Positions 1 to 8,352 of a stretch of DNA of 13,321 nucleotides are shown piece after piece (position 1 is the first letter of the stretch; the number at the start of each line of letters is the position of its first letter). The notes beneath the pieces are model-generated. The model worked only from the letters and a program-made list of their open reading frames with translations. It did not search any database and was not told where the DNA came from. Origin of the DNA: Candidatus Poribacteria bacterium (GTDB lineage: Bacteria > Poribacteria > WGA-4E > UBA9662); contig JAYZAL010000097.1 of the NCBI GenBank assembly GCA_036339735.1, forward strand, positions 1 through 13,321, in the 5' to 3' direction. Made by a program: the position numbers and the translations under genes.

Positions 1-793
1 TCGTGTAATCCATCCAACGAGTGAGCGATTTCTGCGCCGAATTAAAACGTGATCGGACAGATGGCGGCATCCAGTAATGCCTCACGTTGTGAGAATCCCA
101 CATTATACAAGCACGATCACGGTGGAGGTGGTTGTATTGTAATGTTGTCCGTCTACGTGTAGTAGTTTTGGCCGCAGCCGCATGGGTCAAGGCTTCGGTG
201 AAAAGCATCACATCACCGGGATCACCCGTAATTTCAACTGCTCCTGGTGTCTCCAGACCGGCGACACTCCATTTGGGACTTAAGTTAAAGTTTTTTTTGT
301 GCGAACCCGGTATAACGATAAAGCAACCATCACCAGAGTGGTTAGGTGTTAGCATAGTTACCACATTCAACATTGGAGATCGTATGGTCCCATTATCGGC
401 CGTATACTCTCGGGTTGGCAAACCATGATGCCAACCGGACGCTACTCTACCAGCATATTTTGAAATCGACCAAGTATTCACCAATTGGGGCTCACCCATA
501 AATTCTTTCAAGTAAGGCAAAATCGAAGGATGACCGATCAGTTGATCAAAGATGGGATCTAGCCGAGGTAAACCATTTAATCTAACTTGATTTTCGATGT
601 TTTCGTCTTTGATAAAATGTTGCGCTGTAACAATTGGTAGCCCATGAGACCAGCTTTCATCGTGGTCAATAGCTTCATTTTCAACGACAGCGCAATCAAG
701 TTCTTCAATCAATTTTTTATCGATTGCGCCTGGTAATATTAGATATCCTTGAATATCGAAAAGGAATTTCTCTGTATCGGTTACTTGCTTCAT
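1..793 (-). CDS. PhyH-family (phytanoyl-CoA dioxygenase-like) Fe(II)/2-oxoglutarate-dependent enzyme with H-x-G iron site; 3' end truncated by window edge
   Basis: Not in the ORF track. Hand translation from ATG at 793-791 is open for 264 codons to the window edge: MKQVTDTEKFLFDIQGYLILPGAID...LIGHPSILPYLKEFMGEPQLVNTWSISKYAGRVASGWHHGLP...GDGCFIVIPGSHK...GDPGDVMLFTEALTHAAAAKTTTRRRTTLQYNH...RWMDYT. It has the PhyH hallmarks F-x-x-x-GY, G-x-x-x-x-x-PGSH, PGD-x-x-x-F, distal His204 and Arg215. Confidence 0.92.
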   Translation of the reverse strand, partial: MKQVTDTEKFLFDIQGYLILPGAIDKKLIEELDCAVVENEAIDHDESWSHGLPIVTAQHFIKDENIENQVRLNGLPRLDPIFDQLIGHPSILPYLKEFMGEPQLVNTWSISKYAGRVASGWHHGLPTREYTADNGTIRSPMLNVVTMLTPNHSGDGCFIVIPGSHKKNFNLSPKWSVAGLETPGAVEITGDPGDVMLFTEALTHAAAAKTTTRRRTTLQYNHLHRDRACIMWDSHNVRHYWMPPSVRSRFNSAQKSLTRWMDYT

Positions 794-984
794 AAACGGT
801 TCTAATAGATAGGATTATGCGATTTTTCAGTTAAGTCAGGCCGTCTCATTTTTAATTCCTTCCTTATCATTCCTCCTACTCGCACTCTAGCAATCATATT
901 TTTATCTATACTGTCCACGAGTCAAATCAGGATAAAATTTTGAATTTCAATGTTGCTACTTCAATAGAAATTTTGATATCAAAA

Positions 985-1788
985 TCAACCAGAATCCGCT
1001 TCAGCCTTTAGATACAGGCTAGGGTTTCTGGTTGGAGCATATGTCGCATCGGGATCCCGATTAATGATCTCTTCTGGTACGTGTCCATTCCAATTGTTCG
1101 GGATTGTCACCGGCCGTTCATGCCATCCCAAAAGCAACGTTCGCCTCTTGCTACTCTGATTCGCTCTGGCGGCATGTAATACTCGGCCTTCAGCTATGAC
1201 TAATGAACCAGCTTTAACCGGCAGATCTACGGCATCTGGATGTTGACAAAACATATCTGGATCATCTTCTGGAACGTAGTACCCACCCTCAGCATGTGCA
1301 GGTACTATCCGGTCGTGCAGGGGTATTCGTTTCAAATGGGTACCAGGAATTATTTGTAAGCAACCGTTTTCAATACTGGTATCAACTAGATAATAAGACA
1401 GGAATATATATTGAGGCCAAGGAGCACAGCTAATAGGATCATTCCACTTCATCCAGTCCTGATGCCAATACAAAGGGGGGCCTCCAGCAGGCTTACTGAG
1501 TATGATAAACCCTCCATGAGAAGTAAAATCCCCCAAACCTAATGATTCTAGCGCATCTGTTGCCGGTTGCCAATTGATTAGTTTTTCTATTACTGGCTCG
1601 TCCTGACCTCTGACATGCAAGTCAGACCCCTGGTATTTCCAGTGTGGAGGATGATCTATGGCATCCAACATCCGGTCGGATTCTTCTCGCAGTTCCTGCA
1701 GAAATTCTTCACTAAGAACGTTATCGATTACACAATAACCCTCTTTAATTAATTGGTTACGTTTTTCTTTTGCTATATCAGGAAACAT
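985..1788 (-). CDS. PhyH-family Fe(II)/2-oxoglutarate-dependent dioxygenase (canonical H-x-D...H triad)
   Basis: 267 aa ORF with EGYCVIDNVL, WHQD (H109/D111), ENGCLQIIPGTH, KAGSLVI, LHAARAN and KRR: a complete PhyH motif set. Confidence 0.93.
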   Translation of the reverse strand: MFPDIAKEKRNQLIKEGYCVIDNVLSEEFLQELREESDRMLDAIDHPPHWKYQGSDLHVRGQDEPVIEKLINWQPATDALESLGLGDFTSHGGFIILSKPAGGPPLYWHQDWMKWNDPISCAPWPQYIFLSYYLVDTSIENGCLQIIPGTHLKRIPLHDRIVPAHAEGGYYVPEDDPDMFCQHPDAVDLPVKAGSLVIAEGRVLHAARANQSSKRRTLLLGWHERPVTIPNNWNGHVPEEIINRDPDATYAPTRNPSLYLKAEADSG

Positions 1789-1800
1789 TAATTCTTACCC

Positions 1801-1833
1801 ATTAACAAATTGTTAATAAATGAAATTCTAGCA
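1801..1833 (-). promoter_or_regulatory. Putative extended -10 promoter (TGcTAGAAT) followed by a palindromic operator-like site upstream of the PhyH pair
   Basis: Minus-strand TG-C-TAGAAT at 1833-1825. Perfect inverted repeat ATTAACAA-A-TTGTTAAT at 1801-1817, 12 nt upstream of the ATG at 1788. No good -35 element. Confidence 0.4.
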
Positions 1834-2129
1834 TAAGTATTCAAAGGGATAAAGTTGGAATTCAAGTCTGCAACACCAATAAGAAGATTGCCTATTGGCT
1901 CTAAGTTGTGAAAATATAAAGGCGATCATATCCACTTTATTAATCTCAGTCCAATAGATCACTTTTCGACCAACCTGAATTTAAGCCCAAGATTGTATCA
2001 ACGAGCTCACAACTTCTTGTCTGTTATCGACCAGTTTGTATCAACTTCTACATAAACTACGATCCAGACTTCCTTAGAAAGTCGTACTCCACTATTGGTA
2101 TTTTTAGTATTCAAATGATCAAACACCTG

Positions 2130-3155
2130 CTATTCTGTATATCCTTCAAGCATGAGTTCATCCGCTAAATGGCAGGCGACGCTAGTAGTCTTGTTGGACG
2201 ATATTGTAGCTAAATCAGGCTCAGTTTGCTGACATACGTCTCGTGCGTAACGGCATCTGTCGTAGAAGTTGCAACCACTTGGTAAATTAAACGCATCTGG
2301 CATGGCACCTGGAAGGATAGATCTCTTAGATGTCGAATGATATTTTTGTTTAGGAGCCGCATCTATTAGCGCTTCTGTGTAGGGATGCTTTGGCTGTCGA
2401 TACAAGTCTTCTGATTTAGCTATTTCAACAATTTTTCCAGCATACATTACGATGATGCGATCGCTCATGTACTCAACCACACTCAGATCGTGTGCGACCA
2501 ATAAGTAGGTCAACCCCAGTTCTTTTTGTAAATTAGATAATAAGTTTAGGACTTGAGCTTGCACTGAAACATCAAGTGCCGAAACTGGTTCATCACAAAT
2601 GATAAGCTTTGGGTTCAGGGCCAAAGATCTAGCAATACCAACTCGTTGTCTTTGGCCGCCACTTAGCTCATGTGGGTAACGATCCAAATGTGATGTACTG
2701 AGACCAACCACAGATATTAGTTCTTCAATTTTCCCTAACTGATCTTGGCGACTGCCCAACCTATGAGTCACCAAAGGTTCAAGCAAAATGTGCTTGATCA
2801 ACATTCTCGGGTCTAGAGATGCGAATGGATTTTGAAATACCATTTGCATTTGCCGTCGAAAATTCTTAATCTCTGGTTTGGAAAGTTGATGCACATTTCG
2901 CATTTGTCCATCCATTCGAAAAAGAATTTCCCCTTCGGTCACTGGATGTAGACGAATGATTGATCTTCCTGTAGTGGTCTTTCCACTCCCACTTTCACCA
3001 ACTAGACCGACAGTCTCACCTTCTTTGATATCAAAGCTAATACCGTCAATAGCTTTGATATGACCAACTATTTTTTTCAAAATTCCCTTATGAACAGGGA
3101 AATATTTTTTCAGCCCTATCACCTGTAAAAGATTTCCATTTGGCACTTTTGTCAA
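2130..3155 (-). CDS. Dpp/Opp-family ABC transporter ATP-binding subunit (DppF/OppF-like)
   Basis: 341 aa with TTG start 5 nt after the upstream stop. Walker A GESGSGKT, signature LSGGQRQR, Walker B IICDEP, and a C-terminal HPYT / GCNFYDRC...C...CH oligopeptide-ABC domain. Confidence 0.96.
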   Translation of the reverse strand: MTKVPNGNLLQVIGLKKYFPVHKGILKKIVGHIKAIDGISFDIKEGETVGLVGESGSGKTTTGRSIIRLHPVTEGEILFRMDGQMRNVHQLSKPEIKNFRRQMQMVFQNPFASLDPRMLIKHILLEPLVTHRLGSRQDQLGKIEELISVVGLSTSHLDRYPHELSGGQRQRVGIARSLALNPKLIICDEPVSALDVSVQAQVLNLLSNLQKELGLTYLLVAHDLSVVEYMSDRIIVMYAGKIVEIAKSEDLYRQPKHPYTEALIDAAPKQKYHSTSKRSILPGAMPDAFNLPSGCNFYDRCRYARDVCQQTEPDLATISSNKTTSVACHLADELMLEGYTE

Positions 3156-3160
3156 AACAA

Positions 3161-4147
3161 TTATTCATTATACAACCAGCATTTGACTGATTGATCTGAG
3201 TTTAGGGTAAATGTTGGAGGCGATTGCTGGTAGCAAATATCTTCGGCCTGTGAACATCGAGGGGCAAAATAACACCCTTCAGGAAGATTAGTTAGGTTAG
3301 GGACCACCCCCTCAATAGGAATTAATTGATCCTTCTGTCCGATCTGCGGCCTAGACTGAAGTAACCCTTTTGTGTAAGGGTGCTTGGGGTTGTTGATAAT
3401 CTCAGCTGTCGATGCGTGTTCAACTATTTGCCCCGCATACATGATGATTACAGTATCTGTAATTTCCGATACGACGCCGAGATCATGGGTAATCATAATA
3501 ACAGATAAGCCATTTTTTTTCTGTTCCTCCCGAATTAGATCCAGTATTTGTGCTTCAACAGTCACATCTAAAGCCGTTGTCGGTTCATCTGCAATGACTA
3601 AACTAGGGGCACAACATAAAGCGATAGCAATCATTACTCGCTGTTGCATACCTCCACTAAATTCGTGAGGGTATTCGTCGATCCTTTTTCCTGCCGCCGA
3701 TATTCCTACCTGTTCTAGTATCTTGATGGCCTTTTCTCTGGCTTCCGTTTTTGAGATCCGATGATGCAATATCAGGGATTCTATGATTTGCTCACCAACG
3801 GATAAAACCGGATTAAGTGCCATCATTGGCTCTTGAAAAATCATGGAAATCTCTTTACCCCTGATCTTTCTCATTTCTGGACTGTTGGGTTTGAGTGAAG
3901 TAATCTCAACCCTTCTACCATCCGGATAATAATAGGTGATTTGACCTGATACAATTTTTCCCTTGGGCGGCCTAATAAGTTGAAGAATTGAAAGTGCAGT
4001 TACTGTTTTTCCACAGCCACTCTCACCAACCACTCCTAATATTTGACCTCTTTTAAGATCGAAATTTATACCATCTACAGCTTTAACGATGCCCTCGTCT
4101 GACTCAAAAACTGTTTTCAGCCCTTCAATCTTTAGTATTTGCTGCAT
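3161..4147 (-). CDS. Dpp/Opp-family ABC transporter ATP-binding subunit (DppD/OppD-like)
   Basis: 328 aa. Walker A GESGCGKT, FSGGMQQRVMIA, IADEPTTALDVT, and C-terminal HPYT / GCYFAPRC...C...CW. Confidence 0.96.
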   Translation of the reverse strand: MQQILKIEGLKTVFESDEGIVKAVDGINFDLKRGQILGVVGESGCGKTVTALSILQLIRPPKGKIVSGQITYYYPDGRRVEITSLKPNSPEMRKIRGKEISMIFQEPMMALNPVLSVGEQIIESLILHHRISKTEAREKAIKILEQVGISAAGKRIDEYPHEFSGGMQQRVMIAIALCCAPSLVIADEPTTALDVTVEAQILDLIREEQKKNGLSVIMITHDLGVVSEITDTVIIMYAGQIVEHASTAEIINNPKHPYTKGLLQSRPQIGQKDQLIPIEGVVPNLTNLPEGCYFAPRCSQAEDICYQQSPPTFTLNSDQSVKCWLYNE

Positions 4148-4159
4148 AGTTTAGAAAGG

Positions 4160-5311
4160 TTATTTACTGTAGGGATCAATTGCATCTCGCAGACCGTCGC
4201 CCAAAAAATTAAAAGCCATAACTGCTAAAACAATAAAACCACCCGGAATCATCATCCACGGATGCTGGTTCAAAGTTTGCAGACTCTGAGCATCTCTTAG
4301 TAATCGCCCCCAACTAACCATCGGTGGCCTAATGCCAAGCCCTAAAAAACTCAACGTACTTTCGGCTAAAATCATCGAAGGAATGGCAATTGTCAGCGCG
4401 ACTACAATATGGCTAGCCACGTGCGGAATAATGTGACGAGCAATGATGACAGGAGCACTTACTCCCATAACTTCAGCTGCTAAAACGAATTCTGTATTTC
4501 GATAGGATAATACTTTCCCGCGTATTTCACGAGCCAGTAAAGGCCAGGATAATAACGAAAAAATGCCGACGATACCGTAGAGAATATATAAAGGTGGCCA
4601 TGTAGGTGGAAAAGCCACACTCAAAACCATCCAAAGAGCTAGTTGCGGGAAACACTGAACTAATTCAACTAATCTTTGTAGTAGTACATCTATTATTCCT
4701 GAATAGTAACCCGATATCGAACCTATCGTAGTGCCAACTATTCCAGTCACAAGAGCACCTAATAAGGCGACACTGAGTGAAATTCTACCCCCGTAAAGAA
4801 TTCGACTCAGCAAATCTCGTCCATGCGCATCAGTTCCTAGTAAAAATATGGTTCCGGGTTCTTCTACTCCCAAAAAATGTGTCTTTATCGGAACTAAACC
4901 CATCAATTTATAGCTGAATCCTGGAGTGAAAAATTTTAAATGGAATCGTTTTGACCTATCTTCTTCATAAGAAAAAACGAATGTTTCTGGATCCATTATT
5001 TTTTTGTACTTATAAGTGAATGGAACAAAATGAAATCGATCATCCTGATCAAAGAAGTGTATGGATTGAGGTGGCAAATAACTCCTTTGGTAATCTTGTT
5101 CGACGTGATCGTAAGGAGCAAAAAAAGGAGCACCGATCGAAAGTAATATAAAGATGCAAACACCCAAAAGCCCAATACATCCAAGCCTGTTTTTTTGAAA
5201 ACGGCTGAATATGAGCTGAAGTTGGGATCTGCGTATTTGTTGGTTTTGTTCTGCATCGATCAATCTTTCTGTCAAAGATGAGTTCTGTCCTGAGTGATAT
5301 TGATTACTCAT
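4160..5311 (-). CDS. Dpp/Opp-family ABC transporter permease (DppC/OppC-like)
   Basis: 383 aa with multiple TM segments, LGTDxxGRDLLSRILYGGRISL, EAA-type loop EFVLAAEVMG...HIIP, ESTLSFLGLG and NFLGDGLRDAIDP. Its start overlaps the upstream stop by 8 nt (ATGAGTAA). Confidence 0.96.
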   Translation of the reverse strand: MSNQYHSGQNSSLTERLIDAEQNQQIRRSQLQLIFSRFQKNRLGCIGLLGVCIFILLSIGAPFFAPYDHVEQDYQRSYLPPQSIHFFDQDDRFHFVPFTYKYKKIMDPETFVFSYEEDRSKRFHLKFFTPGFSYKLMGLVPIKTHFLGVEEPGTIFLLGTDAHGRDLLSRILYGGRISLSVALLGALVTGIVGTTIGSISGYYSGIIDVLLQRLVELVQCFPQLALWMVLSVAFPPTWPPLYILYGIVGIFSLLSWPLLAREIRGKVLSYRNTEFVLAAEVMGVSAPVIIARHIIPHVASHIVVALTIAIPSMILAESTLSFLGLGIRPPMVSWGRLLRDAQSLQTLNQHPWMMIPGGFIVLAVMAFNFLGDGLRDAIDPYSK

Positions 5312-6299
5312 ATCTTACTCTTGGATCGACAGCAGCTAAAGCTATATCGGCTAGAATATTACCGATAATCGTTACGACTGCGATTACCATTAAAAATGAA
5401 CCAGCTAAATACATATCCTGTGATAGCAGAGCTTCCAGGAATACGGGGCCGGTGGTTGGTAAATTTAGTACGTAAGCAGTGGTTAGGGAGCCTTCTATTA
5501 ACCAAGGAAGAGACATACCGAAAGACATAATAAGGGGCTGAATAGCATTTCTGACTGCGTGTTTATTAATAACGGTAAATTCACTTAACCCTTTTGCCCT
5601 TGCCGCTTGCACATATGGTTGATCTAACACATCTAGTAAATTTCCCCTCATGACTCGCATGTTCCTAGCTGTACCGGCTACACCAATCACTAAAACCGGC
5701 AACCAGAAATGATTCAAAAAATCTATAAACTTCGCCCAGCTCCACGGCTGCATGACCATATCAGGCGAAAATAAGCCACCAACACTTTTAACCTCAAAGT
5801 GAAAGACCATCAGATACATCATCAGGAGAGCAAGAAAAAAATTTGGGATGGATAATCCAATATAGGCTAAGGTGGTGAGCAAATTGTCCCCAATTCCGTA
5901 TTGATTGGTCGCGGAATAGATACCCGGTAGAATTCCACCTACAGCCGAAACTACGAAGCTACAAAAAGCAATCAGAAAAGTCCATCCCAAAAAAGTCCAG
6001 ATTACTTCAGCTACCGGTTTCCTAAACTTGAAAGAATACCCTAAATCCCCTTTTAATAAGCCCAAAAACCATTTGCCAAATTGAACCCAGATTGTTTTAT
6101 CTAATCCATAGTGCTCGCGTAGTTGATCTGAGATTTCTTTGGCTTCCTGGGCTGACAGGCCAGCTTTGGATACCAGTTCACCTTCCAGAGCTGTCATGTA
6201 ATCTCCGGGTGGCAAAGTAATAATAAAAAAGGTAACGCAAGCCACCAATACTAGTAAAGGTACAGAATATAATATTCGCCTGAGAATGTAGTTCAACAT
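5304..6299 (-). CDS. Dpp/Opp-family ABC transporter permease (DppB/OppB-like)
   Basis: 331 aa with MLNYILRRIL...LPPGD, YGLD, GDLGYSF, SIPNFFLAL, YVQAARAKGL...KHAVRNA and ADIALAAVDPRVR. Confidence 0.96.
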   Translation of the reverse strand: MLNYILRRILYSVPLLVLVACVTFFIITLPPGDYMTALEGELVSKAGLSAQEAKEISDQLREHYGLDKTIWVQFGKWFLGLLKGDLGYSFKFRKPVAEVIWTFLGWTFLIAFCSFVVSAVGGILPGIYSATNQYGIGDNLLTTLAYIGLSIPNFFLALLMMYLMVFHFEVKSVGGLFSPDMVMQPWSWAKFIDFLNHFWLPVLVIGVAGTARNMRVMRGNLLDVLDQPYVQAARAKGLSEFTVINKHAVRNAIQPLIMSFGMSLPWLIEGSLTTAYVLNLPTTGPVFLEALLSQDMYLAGSFLMVIAVVTIIGNILADIALAAVDPRVRYE

Positions 6300-6327
6300 A
6301 TTAGTAAGAAAAGGCCAATATGAAATA

Positions 6328-8352
6328 CTAGTAGTCTGAAAGCTTAGGAATCATTTGAAGATAGTTACTGGTTGGTAATTGATCAGATTTTTCGGCCCAT
6401 CGAATTTCCATTGGCACGTTCTTTTCAGTCCAACCATAAAGCTGTATAGGAAAATCAGCCGGGTAATTTTTATGTCGCTTGGCGTAGGCATCCAAATACT
6501 TGGCTTGCATAATGCCAATTGTATACTGATTTTCAGTATATAATTTTAGCACCTGACCAAATACTTTTTTAAGTTTGGCAGCTGAACGGATGGTGACAGT
6601 TGATTCCAATAAAGTTGCTATCTCTTGTTCAAAAGGTAGAAGATCTCTTTGTCCTCCGGGACCTGACATGTGCCACCAAGGAGTTGTGTCTGACATTGAG
6701 CCAACTGAATGAGGGTAAATTTCAGGTGCATTGGTTGACATATCACGACTTACCTCCATCTCCCAATATCCCGCATTCCTTTCAGCTGAAGCTGAGCGAC
6801 CTGTTTGTTTGACTCTTAAGTCTATACCGCCTTCTTTCCTGAAAGGTTCAACCAGAGCTTCTGCCAATTGAACCCATTCAGGTGATTCTCCTCCTGCACG
6901 AAGTTCTATAATTAGTTCCTCTCCTGAAATTTCAGAATTATTTGGCCAATTCAGAATACCATCATTATCGATATCTTCAAAACCAAGTTCTGCTAGAATT
7001 TGCCTAGCTTCATCTGGATTATAGGGGTAACGAACCACCATACTCTCATCATACATTGTCGAACCTTCGCAGTAACCACCATACCAGGGTTTGGTGGCAG
7101 GGGTTGGAAATACACCATTGGTAATTCCATGTCGATCTATTAAATGGGACAAGGCAACTCTAAACTGTTTCTTTCGAAATAGTTTCCTTAAAGCCTTATC
7201 TCTCTTGTCCTTAACACCAAGATGGAGAGATAAGTTGAGATTGATTTGATGTGGGACTCGCCAATCACCCCAGTGGGTTTTAAAATGCGTATTAGGCTTT
7301 CTGGCTGCTGATAAGACAACCGGTTGTAAATCATATTTTTGGACATGTGTGTTATCAGCACTCCCCGCTAGAACGTTTAATGTTCTAATGCTCCAGTCTC
7401 GGGCATCAGTAAACTGTATAGCGTCAAAATAAGGCAGTTGCTGACCTTTTTCGTCCACCTTAAAATAGTAAGGGTTCCTAACGTATATTAGCTGTTGACC
7501 AGGTTTATACCTGACGGGGATGTAGGGACCGAGGCTAACCACTGGCAATGCATCGGAAGGGGTAACATTGAAGTAATCATTGTAACTGTTGGAAGTATTA
7601 TATTTGGGATGGTGTTGTTTTAAGATGTGTGCTGGTACAATTGGAAAACGTTCATTCATTTGGTATATGGCGACTACGGGATAGGCTATTCCAAAGTGCC
7701 AGCTAACGGTATATTTATCTATCTGCTTGAGTTCTGTAACTTGTCCTCCAAAGGAAAAGGTGCTTTTGGTTTGCCAACTCGGTATTTTATCATCCAAAAT
7801 GTGGTCGTAGGAAAAAATAACATCCTCGGCCGTAAACTCGTACCCGTCGGACCAACGTACCCCCTCAACTAGTTTCATGATCAGGGTGTAACCATCATCA
7901 ACCCATTCCCAAGAACGTGCTAGATTAGGAACAGGCGCTGGTTCTTTCATCACCCACATCATACTAATGTTAATCAGGGATTCTCGATAAGCTTCTGTCC
8001 CTCCCCATCCTTGAATCTGGCCAACAGCAAAATTCCATCCTTCTGTCCCTGCACCGTAGACCCTTCTCAGCACATCGCCGTAAACCCCCGGCCCATCAAC
8101 CATAACATTGGTTTTCCAGACAAATGGTTCAGCAGGTAAACGCTGCCCGATGGGAGGTATTTCTCCTTTTTCTTCGAGCTTTTTGAGGGATGGTGCTTGG
8201 GAATATGAGGGTAAAGATTTATATTCAACCATTTGTTCGATAGTAAATTTTTCGGCTAGCTCTCGGTTGGCTTCTGCCCACAAGTCTGGACACATCAACA
8301 TACATACATGTAAAACTAGGCAAGTTAAGGTTTTCTGAAAATATTGTTCCAT
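6328..8352 (-). CDS. Family 5 ABC transporter substrate-binding protein, AgpA/MelB (alpha-galactoside-binding)-like
   Basis: 674 aa. Probable Sec signal (..DLWA|E), family 5 motifs PNLARSWEW, GVRWSDGYEFTAEDVIF and RNPYYFKVD..GQQLPYFD. The N-terminal GEIPPIGQRLPAEP...DGPGVYGDVLR...EGWNFAVGQIQGWGG closely matches my recollection of Sinorhizobium AgpA. Confidence 0.92.
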   Translation of the reverse strand: MEQYFQKTLTCLVLHVCMLMCPDLWAEANRELAEKFTIEQMVEYKSLPSYSQAPSLKKLEEKGEIPPIGQRLPAEPFVWKTNVMVDGPGVYGDVLRRVYGAGTEGWNFAVGQIQGWGGTEAYRESLINISMMWVMKEPAPVPNLARSWEWVDDGYTLIMKLVEGVRWSDGYEFTAEDVIFSYDHILDDKIPSWQTKSTFSFGGQVTELKQIDKYTVSWHFGIAYPVVAIYQMNERFPIVPAHILKQHHPKYNTSNSYNDYFNVTPSDALPVVSLGPYIPVRYKPGQQLIYVRNPYYFKVDEKGQQLPYFDAIQFTDARDWSIRTLNVLAGSADNTHVQKYDLQPVVLSAARKPNTHFKTHWGDWRVPHQINLNLSLHLGVKDKRDKALRKLFRKKQFRVALSHLIDRHGITNGVFPTPATKPWYGGYCEGSTMYDESMVVRYPYNPDEARQILAELGFEDIDNDGILNWPNNSEISGEELIIELRAGGESPEWVQLAEALVEPFRKEGGIDLRVKQTGRSASAERNAGYWEMEVSRDMSTNAPEIYPHSVGSMSDTTPWWHMSGPGGQRDLLPFEQEIATLLESTVTIRSAAKLKKVFGQVLKLYTENQYTIGIMQAKYLDAYAKRHKNYPADFPIQLYGWTEKNVPMEIRWAEKSDQLPTSNYLQMIPKLSDY

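Noticed and set aside
132-428. 98-aa plus-strand ORF
   Set aside because: Antisense shadow of the real minus-strand PhyH gene (<1-793).
3384-8338. Short ORFs 3384-3668, 4996-5256, 5278-5475, 6600-6812, 7627-7872 and 8108-8338
   Set aside because: All overlap well-supported ABC genes, antisense or out of frame, and have no recognisable motifs.
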